Shown one piece after another: positions 1 through 10,117 of a stretch of 64,000 bases of DNA. Below the pieces are notes generated by a model. The model had not been told where the DNA came from. It did not search any database and saw only the letters and a program-made list of their open reading frames with translations. Position 1 is the first letter of the stretch. The number at the start of each line of letters is the position of its first letter. The stretch is from NCBI GenBank assembly GCA_963701095.1, contig OY969564.1, positions 448,001 to 512,000 of the forward strand, given 5' to 3'. The translations under genes and the position numbers were made by a program. Source of the stretch: an uncultured Methanoregulaceae archaeon (lineage in GTDB: Archaea > Halobacteriota > Methanomicrobia > Methanomicrobiales > Methanospirillaceae).

Positions 1-252
1 GATATCGTTCATGAGATTCAAAGGAGATATAAAGTCCTCATTCCGCAGGCAAGAGTTTACACCATCCTTCATGATCTTTTGAAGGACGGTTATCTTGAAG
101 TTGAAGTTTCGGGAAAATCTAAATTGTTTTGTCTTACTGAAAAAGGAAAAAAACACGTCAGCCAGAGACTGAACGAGTTCAGGTTAGTTTTCTGGCATAT
201 TTTAGGAGATGGGAATGAAATAAACGCTGGGATTGAAAATCAAAATCAATGA
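1..252 (+). CDS. PadR-family winged-helix transcriptional regulator, 5' end outside the window
   Basis: Frame 1 translated by hand: DIVHEIQRRYKVLIPQARVYTILHDLLKDGYLEVEVSGKSKLFCLTEKGKK...NQ*, stop TGA at 250-252. The VYxxLxxLxxxG...LTEKG pattern is PadR-like. Confidence 0.75.
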   Translation, partial: DIVHEIQRRYKVLIPQARVYTILHDLLKDGYLEVEVSGKSKLFCLTEKGKKHVSQRLNEFRLVFWHILGDGNEINAGIENQNQ

Positions 253-400
253 AAAGGGCATTCATAAAAACCAGAATAAACGATAAATGGAAGTTTAGAA
301 TAATGCTAGCATCAAATCTCTTTTTCTCTTTTTTCTCTTGAAATGTCTCATTCTTAAAAACGTAGCAATATTTGCAATACCTCGTCAGGTATATCTTCTA

Positions 401-462
401 TCATAAAGATGTAGTCTCCGGGTATAGTGTTGCCCACGGGAGGTAGATTACCATCTTTATGA
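401..462. other. Long inverted repeat / candidate stem-loop
   Basis: TCATAAAGATG (401-411) is the exact reverse complement of CATCTTTATGA (452-462). The stem continues with TAGTCT/AGATTA (one G-U pair) and an inner GGGTA/TGCCC pair. Confidence 0.5.
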
Positions 463-789
463 GAAGAATGCCGAATTCAACTCAGTTGAGGCTGTTAATC
501 CTCATCTGAATAACGCATGCGGACAGACGATAGTGGAATCATAGGTAAAGGCCGCTTCGTTCGTTGCTGTCCATAAGAACCTCTAAATTACATCATAAAA
601 AGAGCCTTAAAAAATATGGCTCAAGAAAAATAGTGGCGTTGTGGCATTTAGAAGTCGAATTATAAGCCCGATAACTGATTGGGGTTATTTATACCCCTTT
701 TTCGAGCTTCAAACTGATGAAAACCAATTAAAAAATGGATGTTACCTAAAAAATATGTAGTCTATAAAAAGTTAACCGGGCGCAGGAAT

Positions 790-1086
790 ATGAAAACAGA
801 AAATTCTAAAAAAATCAAACCGGAAAAAACTACCGAACCAGAAACAACATTCATAGATGATGGAAAATTCCTCCGCATACGTACAGAACTGCCAGGCATT
901 GCCGAAGAAAAAATCAAAATCGCCCTTGAAAACCGTTCAACTTCAATAACTATTTTAGCTATTAACTCCGTGATACAATACAAAAAAGTAATTAATATCC
1001 CCGGTGAAGTAAGGTTTAGTAAAAAGCGTTTCGCAGAAGGTGTCTTGGAATTAACCCTGGAAAAAATTGATTCTAATATTCCCTGA
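790..1086 (+). CDS. Small heat-shock protein (Hsp20/alpha-crystallin-like)
   Basis: ELPGIAEEKIKI...F..GVLELTLEK pattern. ATG 790 preceded by AGGA is preferred over 739. Confidence 0.75.
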   Translation: MKTENSKKIKPEKTTEPETTFIDDGKFLRIRTELPGIAEEKIKIALENRSTSITILAINSVIQYKKVINIPGEVRFSKKRFAEGVLELTLEKIDSNIP

Positions 1087-1175
1087 GCCTTTATCCAAAA
1101 ATTCCCAAAACCTCTTAAAAAAGAAGGCATATTACTTAAAATTCGGATAGAATCTTGTCTGTAATAAATATTTGT

Positions 1176-1757
1176 TCACACGATTCGGGATAGAATACCG
1201 GTTCTCAGATCATAGTAAATTCCGTAGATTTTAATTTTCTCTTCATCTGTAGCTTTTTTTACGAAGGGATACGCGATTAGGTGCTCTATTTGGAGACGAA
1301 CATTTTCCATTTCGATCTGCTTCCATCGCTCTTCCATCTGTTCCTTCGTCCTTGGCGGCGCAATCCACGAATCCACGCGATTTTTCGCCTCGCGAGCTTC
1401 GTTAAGCCAGAGAGGGATGTATGCATCCTGCAGATTCTGGTCGAGAGCCCTGATTGCATCGCAATCTGAATGACCACAGACGACAATATCTTCGACGTTC
1501 AAATGGACAATCGCATATTCTAGTACGGATGCAAAGTTCCAGTCATGATTTGGGGCAATATTTCCCATATTGCGATGAATATAGAGTGTCCCGGGGGGTG
1601 CATCGGTTATATGCCCTGTCTGGATTCTCGCATCAGAACAACCGATCCAGAGAACTTTCGGTTTTTCGCCTTCTATGAGCTCACGATACTGAGAAATATT
1701 CTCTATAAAAAAGGTCTCCTGGAATCTTTTGTTTCCCTGAAATAGTTCTTCTATCAT
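1176..1757 (-). CDS. Beta-class carbonic anhydrase
   Basis: Zinc-binding motifs WIGCSDAR and CGHSDC, plus HRNMGN. Confidence 0.92.
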   Translation of the reverse strand: MIEELFQGNKRFQETFFIENISQYRELIEGEKPKVLWIGCSDARIQTGHITDAPPGTLYIHRNMGNIAPNHDWNFASVLEYAIVHLNVEDIVVCGHSDCDAIRALDQNLQDAYIPLWLNEAREAKNRVDSWIAPPRTKEQMEERWKQIEMENVRLQIEHLIAYPFVKKATDEEKIKIYGIYYDLRTGILSRIV

Positions 1758-1873
1758 ATTACAACCCCTTAATTTTCGATTGTTTCAGTAGGATAGGTGA
1801 TGATCGTACCTGACTAAAAGAGCTTCGCATATTACTTAATTCTTACAAGAGACCCCGGGACATTTTAAAAATA

Positions 1874-3064
1874 TTATTCGGCTCTCAGTGCATCGATCGG
1901 ATCCATATTCGAGGCAGCCCAGGCAGGGTACATTCCGGATACGACGCAGACCACGACCCCGATAATTATCCCGTAGGGGATATAAATCAGGCTTGCCGGT
2001 TGGAAAAAATACGCGGTGGAACCCGTCATGGCACCTACGACGGTATATCCGATGATAAAGCTCATAATGCCTCCTACCCCCGCACCGATAAGGCCAAGGA
2101 TAAGCGCCTCGTACAGGAACATCCTGCGAACCTCGCCTTTCTCAGTCCCGATAGAGAGGAGGATACCAATCTCCTGGACCCGCTCCTTAACCGACATCAT
2201 CATGACATTGAAGATACTTACGGCAGCGACGACAAGTGAGATTCCACCGATTGCCGTTATAAATGTGGTAATTGTTCCAAGGGTGCTTGTAATGCTTGAC
2301 AAACGGGAACTGGCATCGGTAACTCGTACCACGTCGCTGTTCCTGTTTACTTTTGCGTTAATTGCCGCTTCGGTAGTGTTGATGGTGGAAACATCTCCCA
2401 CAATCACGTTAACCTGATCATACTGGTCCAGACCCCCGAACTCATTTGTGTACCAGGAGTCATCGACGACCATACCATTATCGACATTGACGCCGTCTGT
2501 CGCAATCCCCCGTGCTACAAGAATACCAGCGACCCTGACAACCGGACGCGTAATGGTAGCACATTTCTCACCGATTTGAATGGTATCCCCGGGAACCAGG
2601 TTGAAGGTGGTGGCAAGGGTTGCACCTGCAAGAACGTCACTGCCCCGGATATTCGAACCTTGCGCTATGGTAAGGAATTTTGGGACGTCGGTGGGATTGA
2701 GCCCATAGATCGTTCCCCGACCATTCTGGTCGCCGATACTAAACTGGATACTCGTACGGTGAATCGGTATCACGGTATTCTGTCCAACGGAACTTCGGAT
2801 ATCGTTGAGGGTGCTCGAATCTATAGTACTTGACGGCGGTGCGGCTCCAAGACCGGTGCCCACTTTCACGACATCGGAAGTGAGGATAATCGTGTTGACA
2901 CCCGCCGATAGCTGATCCTTTACTGAGAGCGACAGGTTAGCCCCGAGCATGCCCATAGATGAGATAGCAACAACACCGATAACGATCCCGATAGAGGCAA
3001 GAATCGAACGCAGGAAATTCAGCCGGACACTTCTAACCGATAGATCGAAAAAAATGTCTCTCAT
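1874..3064 (-). CDS. ABC transporter permease, MacB/FtsX-like
   Basis: N-terminal RSILASIGIVIGV, a periplasmic domain, ISLVVAAVSIFNVMMMSVKERVQEIG, and C-terminal DPIDALRAE. Confidence 0.9.
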   Translation of the reverse strand: MRDIFFDLSVRSVRLNFLRSILASIGIVIGVVAISSMGMLGANLSLSVKDQLSAGVNTIILTSDVVKVGTGLGAAPPSSTIDSSTLNDIRSSVGQNTVIPIHRTSIQFSIGDQNGRGTIYGLNPTDVPKFLTIAQGSNIRGSDVLAGATLATTFNLVPGDTIQIGEKCATITRPVVRVAGILVARGIATDGVNVDNGMVVDDSWYTNEFGGLDQYDQVNVIVGDVSTINTTEAAINAKVNRNSDVVRVTDASSRLSSITSTLGTITTFITAIGGISLVVAAVSIFNVMMMSVKERVQEIGILLSIGTEKGEVRRMFLYEALILGLIGAGVGGIMSFIIGYTVVGAMTGSTAYFFQPASLIYIPYGIIIGVVVCVVSGMYPAWAASNMDPIDALRAE

Positions 3065-3741
3065 GATGCCACAATCCTTCCGTCAGCGAGCCGGATTATC
3101 CGCTGTGCGTTTGCTGCAATATTCGGATCATGCGTCACAATAATAACCGTCTTTCCCTTCCGGTGAAGGTCAGTCAGGATCTCCATAATCTGGAGCCCGG
3201 TCTTGCTATCAAGATTCCCGGTGGGTTCATCACAGATAAGGATCTTTGGCTCGTTTACTAGGGCTCGTGCAATGGCTACCCGCTGCTGCTGTCCTCCGGA
3301 TAGTTGATTAGGACGATGGGCACCCATGACAGGATCAATACCCACCGCTTTAAGGTATTCGGCTGCCTTTCCGGTCGTGTCCCTCTTTTTATACTTGAGT
3401 ATAAGAGGGTACTCCACGTTTTCGTATGCAGAAAGGAGAGGTATGAGATAAAATTTCTGGAAAACATATCCGATGACGTCCCGGCGCATGTGTGTCCGTT
3501 CGATGCTTGACATTTTCGCCACATTTCGACCAGCGATATAGAGTTCCCCGGAGGTAGGGACATCGAGAATACCCAACTGGTTCATCATCGTTGATTTGCC
3601 TGATCCGGAAGGTCCCATAATTGCCACAAATTCACCCTCCTCTATATCGAGAGATACGTGATCGAGCGCGGTAAAGTCGCCACTTTCCAGGTGATAGGTT
3701 TTTGTGACATCGGTAAGCCGGATGAGTGGCTCATCGGTCAT
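3061..3741 (-). CDS. ABC transporter ATP-binding protein (LolD/MacB-like)
   Basis: Walker [10 protein letters not shown], signature LSGGQQQR, Walker [11 protein letters not shown]-loop VTHD. Confidence 0.95.
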   Translation of the reverse strand: MTDEPLIRLTDVTKTYHLESGDFTALDHVSLDIEEGEFVAIMGPSGSGKSTMMNQLGILDVPTSGELYIAGRNVAKMSSIERTHMRRDVIGYVFQKFYLIPLLSAYENVEYPLILKYKKRDTTGKAAEYLKAVGIDPVMGAHRPNQLSGGQQQRVAIARALVNEPKILICDEPTGNLDSKTGLQIMEILTDLHRKGKTVIIVTHDPNIAANAQRIIRLADGRIVAS

Positions 3742-3751
3742 GTTTGCTTAC

Positions 3752-5125
3752 CTAGGTCTTTTTTCCTAATTTTCCCCATGATCCATTTCCTCTTCACATA
3801 GAGAATCACAACGACAACAAATACAATGCCCCCGATAATGATCGGGTAGAACGCACTCAGGCCACCGCCCCGGCCGCCACCAAACAGTCCGCCAACTCCC
3901 CCACCACCGCCGCCAGTGTAAGAGCCAGTCCCAGCCGTGGATCCTGTTCCTCCTGAACTGGTTCGTGTGCCAGAGGTGCCGGTGGTACCTGAAGATGTGA
4001 GCGAACGCAGGTCAAATGTCTGTACCTGAACTCAGATTGTTGCCACTATCATCCTTCCATACTGTTGTGATAGGAATGGCCGCGAGAGAGGATGCGGTAA
4101 AGGTGAGTGTAAAACTGGAGAAATCATTCGACGTCAATGAACCGACTGCATAATTGGAATATGGCTCCACCGGTGTTGCCGGTGCCCCAACAGACACTAC
4201 CACCCCGTTTGCATCGGTTATCCCCGTATTGGTCACGTCACCAGTCAAAGTGTATACGCCATTCGCGTTAGTGAGTGCCAGATCGTTTATATCAGTTGAC
4301 GCGGCGGTTAAGCTTGAACCGATATTGAGCGGAAGGACAACAGTATCCGAGTGTGGGTTCTGGACTATCTGCCCATTGCTGTATTGGATATTGAAAGTAA
4401 CATTAGACACCTGATAGGGCGTAATGGCAAACGGTACATTCATAGAACTGCCACCGGGTAACGAAGAGATAAAGGACTGGCGTGGGTCGATATCAAAACC
4501 TGAACCGGAAGGCGTTATTATGACATTACTGATGGCTCCTCCGCGAGGATTGGTGATGGTCAGGTTTACAGTATCCGGATTGTTGATGGCAAAATTACCT
4601 GGTCGCTGCGAAATCGCTTCTACAATTGGTGTTGAATCTTCCTGAACTTCTATGGGATAGGTTAAGTCTGTTGCCCCCGAGGGATGCCACACTGAATTCA
4701 GGGTAATATATTCCATCAGGCGGTTTTGCGACAACCTTAAATGTATAGGTAAATGAATTTCCGGGCCCGAGGTAGGTCTGACCCTGGTAGGGGTTGAGAG
4801 TTTCATCCGGGATATAGATATTCTGGGAGTTGAGAATGTCTGCGTGTTCAAATGCAACTTCCTGGGAACCGGAGTTTGTCAAGGTAACCGATATGATTCC
4901 CTGATCATAGGAGTAGAATTCCTGTGGATCTACGACTACAGAACTCACATAGACCTGGGAAAGGGCCTGATCTGGATTGAGTGTCGTTGTGGACGCACTG
5001 GCAGAACTTGTCCCGGAAGAACTGCTGGTACTTATCGATGAGCTGCCACCAGCTGCACTTACGGTACCAACCGTCAGGAAAATTATAAGAATACCAATTA
5101 TGGCAGTAAACGGTTTCATATACAC
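3752..5125 (-). CDS. COG1361-like S-layer-domain surface protein, first gene of the ABC operon; two apparent frameshifts
   Basis: Signal peptide ORF 4595-5125 continues in ORF 4012-4857 (extra base in the C5 run at 4674-4678). It then continues as QTFDLRS...Gly-rich linker...FYPIIIGGIVFVVVVILYVKRKW...KKT* (extra base near 4025; TAG at 3752-3754). Confidence 0.7.
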
Positions 5126-5270
5126 TCCGTCTCTAAATTGTCATCCTCGTATTACCGACTGTGAATATGAATGTCTGAATGTGATACAAATTCGTGAGTC
5201 TTGTGCCAATGCCATATTGAATCTCCAGCCCAGTATGAGAATAACCTCTTAATAGAAGATTTCACGAATA

Positions 5271-5302
5271 TCAGAAATTGCAACGTTTTTTGCAACAAAG
5301 GC
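5271..5302 (+). promoter_or_regulatory. TTGCAAC-N5-TTGCAAC repeat element, copy 1
   Basis: TCAGAAATTGCAACGTTTTTTGCAACAAAGGC matches the reverse complement of 8219-8250 at 28/32 positions and lies between divergent genes. Confidence 0.5.
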
Positions 5303-5374
5303 ACAGGATTATCTATCATAGTTCAATATGGTTACCTGATCTAGCAGAGGTAAAATTGGAAATTTATCGTTATC

Positions 5375-6271
5375 TTGTACAGAACAACATTTCCGGGGAC
5401 AGGCCTAATGGACAACAATTCAGGTGATGAACATATTTTTGAAACGGTAGGAAAATGCCGTATAAAGGTGCATAACGGGCAGGTGGTGGAGATCGGTGAA
5501 CCCCGGATAAAAGACTGTCCCCTGGCGAAACGGTTTGAAATTCCTGTTGATGAAATATCAAAAAAAGCGATAAAAAAAACTATTGAACAGAGGATCCGCT
5601 CATTTGGAATGTGTACGGCACGCCGGAAGGTGATCTCTGATCGAGAGTTCTTTGGATTTGCCCCTGCAGAGCTACTTGCATGTGGACTACGTAGCGGAAT
5701 GTTTGATGCCGCCATTTGCAATTGCGACGGGGCAGGAACACTCATTATCACTAATCCGGCTATGGTACTGGGGATAAGTGGCTTGTTGTCCGGGCTCATT
5801 TCGACGTCACCGATCCCCGAGGTAATAGATAGAATTGAGCAATATGGCGGCGTTGTTTTTGACCGGGTTGGCGCCAGCCTCGATCCTTTGGGAGCAACAA
5901 TTGTCGCACAAAAGATGGGTTTTTCCCGTATTGCTATCCCGGTCTCAGATCCTGATATTGCAGAAAATATCCGAACCTATTATCCCGGTGCTTTTATTTT
6001 CGGTGTTCATATGAGCGGGATTGCCGAAGAGGATGCCCAACGTATGGTAGGTGTTTCAGATCTCGTCACCGGTTGTGCATCGAAAACCATCAGGTCAATT
6101 GCCGGAAAAAAGGCACTCCTCCAGGTGGGAGCAGTTATACCTATTTTTGCTTTGACCCCTCTTGGAAAGGAGCTTATTATGAAAAGAGTCCTTGAAGCCG
6201 ATGAAAAATTTTTCCTTAAGCCCACTACCTTCCCGGTAGTATGCGACAATCAGCCAGAACCTCTTTTATGA
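5375..6271 (+). CDS. Methanogenesis marker 8 protein (DUF2099); start may be ATG 5408
   Basis: DEHIFETVGKCR...GEPRIKDCPLAKRF...RIRSFGMCT...CDGAGT...IFGVHMSG...CASK...QPEPLL, the typical marker-8 pattern. Confidence 0.8.
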   Translation: MYRTTFPGTGLMDNNSGDEHIFETVGKCRIKVHNGQVVEIGEPRIKDCPLAKRFEIPVDEISKKAIKKTIEQRIRSFGMCTARRKVISDREFFGFAPAELLACGLRSGMFDAAICNCDGAGTLIITNPAMVLGISGLLSGLISTSPIPEVIDRIEQYGGVVFDRVGASLDPLGATIVAQKMGFSRIAIPVSDPDIAENIRTYYPGAFIFGVHMSGIAEEDAQRMVGVSDLVTGCASKTIRSIAGKKALLQVGAVIPIFALTPLGKELIMKRVLEADEKFFLKPTTFPVVCDNQPEPLL

Positions 6272-6424
6272 CAAAGGTCTGCTCATGGTTCAAAACCAGT
6301 TTCGAAAATTAATTGCAATAAATGCAATAATCGGGATATTATATCACTTGACGGAAATCAATGCAGTTAAGAGCGGAATATAGACTGCTGCGTGTTCACG
6401 ATTGAAAGGAAGGGATAACTCCTC

Positions 6425-7411
6425 ATGACTATTGCACTTCATATCGATAACCTGACCAAGCGATTCAACGAACTGGTTGCTGTGGACAAAATATCACTTG
6501 ATATCGATCACGGAGAGATTTTTGGGCTGCTTGGTCCCAATGGCGCCGGGAAAACAACAACAATATCCATGCTGTCAACTATGCTCAAACCTACGTCCGG
6601 TTCAGCGACGGTTAATGGCATCGATATCGAACGTAACGAGGATGGAGTGAGAAAATCCATAGGGATCGTCTTCCAGGACCAGAGTCTCGATGAAGAACTG
6701 ACTGCCTGGGAAAATATGGATTTTCATGGACGTCTTTACCGTGTCCCCGCAGATCTACGTAAGCAACGGATTACAGAGCTACTCAACCTTGTCGAGTTGG
6801 AAAACCGGAAAGACGACATCGTAAAAACATTTTCCGGAGGAATGAGGCGTCGTCTGGAAATTGCCCGTGGACTTCTCCACCACCCTGCGGTCCTCTTCCT
6901 TGATGAACCTACGTTGGGCCTTGACCCTCAGACCCGAAATCATCTCTGGCAATACATTGCCACCTTGGCCAAAGAGAAGGGAATTACCATCATCCTGACG
7001 ACGCATTACATGGAAGAAGCCGACCAGTTATGCAACCGGGTTGCTATTATCGATCATGGTAAGATCATTGCTCTTGATGCTCCAAAAAACCTCAAAGATG
7101 GAATTGGCGGGGATGTAGTGACGATCAGATCACCAGACCCGGCTGCTGTGGTTGCAGCCCTGAGCGAACCTTGGATCACCCGCGTGGAACAGCATAATGA
7201 TGAAGTAGTTATCAACCTGAAAAATGCCGAACAGCACATTAGTGCTATCGTAACTCTGCTCAACTCAAAACAAGTCTCTATCGAATCCCTTGCCATCCAT
7301 AAACCAACTCTAGAAGACGTGTTTCTCTTTTTTACTGGAAAAACGATCCGTGATGAAGAGGCTGACCATAAAACCAACATGCGGATGTACCAGCGGATGG
7401 TGAGGCATTAA
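6425..7411 (+). CDS. ABC-2 exporter ATP-binding subunit (DrrA-like)
   Basis: GPNGAGKTT, FSGGMRRRLE, LFLDEPT, TTHYMEEA and C-terminal PTLEDVFL. Confidence 0.93.
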   Translation: MTIALHIDNLTKRFNELVAVDKISLDIDHGEIFGLLGPNGAGKTTTISMLSTMLKPTSGSATVNGIDIERNEDGVRKSIGIVFQDQSLDEELTAWENMDFHGRLYRVPADLRKQRITELLNLVELENRKDDIVKTFSGGMRRRLEIARGLLHHPAVLFLDEPTLGLDPQTRNHLWQYIATLAKEKGITIILTTHYMEEADQLCNRVAIIDHGKIIALDAPKNLKDGIGGDVVTIRSPDPAAVVAALSEPWITRVEQHNDEVVINLKNAEQHISAIVTLLNSKQVSIESLAIHKPTLEDVFLFFTGKTIRDEEADHKTNMRMYQRMVRH

Positions 7412-7413
7412 TC

Positions 7414-8163
7414 ATGGACATTGTATATGCCATCTGGCTCAGGAATATGAAACGCTATGTGCGATCCAAAAGTCGGATCATTGGCAGTATCAGTATGCCG
7501 CTCTTCTTCCTGCTCTTTTTGGGCTTTGGATTGAATTCCGTGGTGACATTGCCAGGAATCGGCGGAAACTACATCGTATTCCTGATACCCGGCATCGTAG
7601 CAATGAGTGTACTGTTCACCTCAGTTTTTTCCGGAATCCAAATTATATGGGATAAGCAATTCGGATTTTTGAAAGAAACCCTGGTTGCACCGGTCTCGCG
7701 ACTGGAGATCATGTTAGGCCAGACGCTGGGTGGAGCAACAACAGCAGTACTTCAGGGATTTATGATCCTCATCCTTTCATTATTTATCGGGCTTCACGTA
7801 TCAAATCCAGCTGGTTTTCTCGTGGCTCTTGGATTCATGATCCTTATCGGTATATCATTCACGGCGTTTGGCATTGCGATTGCATCACGTATGGATGACA
7901 TGACAGGTTTCCAGCTTATTATGAATTTTGTTGTTTTCCCCATATTCGGACTGTCTGGTGCTCTTTTTCCAATCAGCTCATTGCCGTCATGGATGGCTCC
8001 GATTACGCTGGTGGATCCGTTGACCTATGGCGTTGAAGGGATCCGTTACGGTCTCACCGGTTCTTCACAGGTTAATCCGCTGATCTGTGTGGCGGTTATC
8101 GGGGGTTTCACGATACTTATGACTATACTCGGGGCATTCCTGTTCAGAAAAATCAGGTTCTGA
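7414..8163 (+). CDS. ABC-2 exporter permease
   Basis: About six hydrophobic segments, GFLKETLVAPVSR and LSGALFPISSLPSW...PLTYGV; directly follows the ATPase gene. Confidence 0.92.
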   Translation: MDIVYAIWLRNMKRYVRSKSRIIGSISMPLFFLLFLGFGLNSVVTLPGIGGNYIVFLIPGIVAMSVLFTSVFSGIQIIWDKQFGFLKETLVAPVSRLEIMLGQTLGGATTAVLQGFMILILSLFIGLHVSNPAGFLVALGFMILIGISFTAFGIAIASRMDDMTGFQLIMNFVVFPIFGLSGALFPISSLPSWMAPITLVDPLTYGVEGIRYGLTGSSQVNPLICVAVIGGFTILMTILGAFLFRKIRF

Positions 8164-8218
8164 ATGAAAAGGATGATGTTTGAAAGAAACAGGAATACGG
8201 ATTAGGTAAAACGATATG

Positions 8219-8250
8219 GCCGTTGTTGCAAAAGATGTTGCAATTTTTGA
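8219..8250 (-). promoter_or_regulatory. TTGCAAC-N5-TTGCAAC repeat element, copy 2 (inverted relative to copy 1)
   Basis: Reverse complement reads TCAAAAATTGCAACATCTTTTGCAACAACGGC. Confidence 0.5.
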
Positions 8251-8344
8251 CTTTGTAGAATCAGCTATTATGTCCCCTCTTCACATGCTGTGCTGGTGAT
8301 CCATTATATCCATCACGAAAATATTTGAAACAAATAATGCATTC

Positions 8345-8750
8345 ATGATCGGGCAAGAAAATTTCCTCCCCATCTCTGGTAAACAGAAAACCCCTGGAAA
8401 TAATCTTTCTCCGACTTTCATGGATGAGGTAAACCTATCAGTACTGAACCGGTTTAAAGAAAAATTCCGATTAACCGGAATTGATGTCAGAACCTTCAGA
8501 ATTCGATGAATTAAAAGTCTTCGATGTATTGCTTGATGACCATGTGAACCTGTCCAAGATCTGCAATGTCCATTGTAAGTTCCTCTGGAGCGAATGGGTT
8601 CGGGCTTACCCGCGCCAGACGTTTCGCTTTCCAAAACTTATCCGCGAAAAAGAATTCAGTGCTATCATCACAGGTAAATAGGGAACAGAGGTTGTCATGT
8701 ATGACCCTTGGTGTGCAGTCGTCTATCCCGGTACAAAGTTCGTTCAGTAA
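8345..8750 (+). pseudogene. Degraded hypothetical gene (frameshift plus in-frame stop)
   Basis: The ATG 8345 frame ends near 8510. A second frame (8481-8681; LWSEWVR...FPKLIREKEF) reads past TAG 8679-8681 into ...AVVYPGTKFVQ* (TAA 8748-8750). Confidence 0.4.
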
Positions 8751-8903
8751 CTCTGATGCATCGAAAAACAATCCGGGAACAGATCTTCCTGATTTAACTC
8801 CCATTATTGAGACTCACCGGGGTTGCGAAGTATTTTGGAAAGCGAGTTTTCAGAGGTGACATCTGAAAGCATATTACGATCTTGAAGGAAAACAACAACG
8901 AGG

Positions 8904-9437
8904 TTGTGTATGACACCGACTGAAATTGCCAATATCAATGCTTATGCGATTATATTAACCGCTGTCTCCACGATTGTCCTTGCCGTGATAACGACGTTTT
9001 ATGCAACTGAAACGCATAAAATGCAAGTATGGGCAAAGAAACCCATTCTTACTATCCAATGTGATTTCGCTCCCGGAGAGACAGACCGGGCGAGAAAACT
9101 CTTTCTCAGCAACAACGGGCCGGTTGCTCAGGACATCTCAATCAATGTCGATGTAAAGTTGAAAGGCGAGACTGTGACCAAAAAGCTCTACCTTTATTCG
9201 ATGGCTCACAAGGAGCGTGTAGAGATTGTGGATAACATTTTCGAGATCAAGGACAATGGTGGTGAACTTACCGTTAGGATGCGATTTTATGACGCAGATA
9301 TGAAGCTCTATCGTTCGTCAATCGTTGTCGATTTCTCTGAGATGACTGCGGACAGGATTATCACCATACCGGAATCGGCATCCAAAGAGATGTCTGACAT
9401 CGGCGATGCCCTTCTAGAAATTTCCCGAAAACGATAA
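8904..9437 (+). CDS. Hypothetical protein with one N-terminal transmembrane helix
   Basis: Hydrophobic AIILTAVSTIVLAVITTFYA followed by a soluble beta-rich region. Confidence 0.65.
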   Translation: MCMTPTEIANINAYAIILTAVSTIVLAVITTFYATETHKMQVWAKKPILTIQCDFAPGETDRARKLFLSNNGPVAQDISINVDVKLKGETVTKKLYLYSMAHKERVEIVDNIFEIKDNGGELTVRMRFYDADMKLYRSSIVVDFSEMTADRIITIPESASKEMSDIGDALLEISRKR

Positions 9438-9613
9438 GAGAAAGGGGTTATATTTTTTCGTTAATGGAATTGTCCTTTACGATATTGCTGACAATCTTTG
9501 ACACATCACAACGATGTACTATGTAAACTCAAAGAGATGACCATTCCAACCAGATCAGACATTTAAGTCAACATATCCAAATCCAAAATCTTCTTTATTC
9601 AATTGTACTAAAG

Positions 9614-10117
9614 TCAGACCCCATTATTCCCTTTGCCTCCTGGGAATGGGTAATAGTTATCAATAATCGTATACTGTTGGCCCGAGGTCATAGTGACATA
9701 AACAATGACATGGTCGGTTGTTGTAGTCCCCAATAGTGTAACCTGTGCACCGGTTGTGGGGTTAGCTACGGATCCGGTTTCTTCTACTCCATCAGATCGG
9801 ATAACGGTGACGTCCATGTGCTCGACCATACCTAACCCCAAACCCCCGTTGAATGTTGTAATGATCGTTGGATTTTCCGAGATCGAATTACGGCTGACTC
9901 CTATATTGATTGATTCGAAGTCGGGAACGGTCTGGACAGGGCCGGGAGCAGCCGTCAAAGTAGGGGCTACCTCAGTTACTTGGGGGGCTGTGGGCATGGT
10001 AAGCGGCGGAGTAGGAGTTGTTGGTGGAATTACGGATTGATTAGTGCAACCCATGACAAGTGTCAAGGCTAATACGAAGATGATGAGTAAGAATAGTGCC
10101 GAAGCTGATTGTCTCAT
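9614..10117 (-). CDS. Putative lipoprotein with Pro/Thr-rich linker
   Basis: Signal peptide ending VMGC, then a PPTTPTPP...PT linker and a beta-rich domain. Confidence 0.75.
   Translation of the reverse strand: MRQSASALFLLIIFVLALTLVMGCTNQSVIPPTTPTPPLTMPTAPQVTEVAPTLTAAPGPVQTVPDFESINIGVSRNSISENPTIITTFNGGLGLGMVEHMDVTVIRSDGVEETGSVANPTTGAQVTLLGTTTTDHVIVYVTMTSGQQYTIIDNYYPFPGGKGNNGV

Noticed and set aside
762..1130. Antisense and nested ORFs in the six-frame track (e.g. 762-1130, 5341-5799, 11493-12110, 39655-40104, 54186-54590)
   Set aside because: They are shadows of well-supported genes on the other strand or frame and carry no recognisable motifs.
3865..4000. GC-rich low-complexity stretch as a non-coding repeat
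   Set aside because: It encodes the Gly/Ser/Thr linker of the frameshifted S-layer-domain protein.
8679..8681. In-frame TAG as a pyrrolysine codon
   Set aside because: There are no pyl genes or methylamine methyltransferase context here, and the same gene also has a frameshift.
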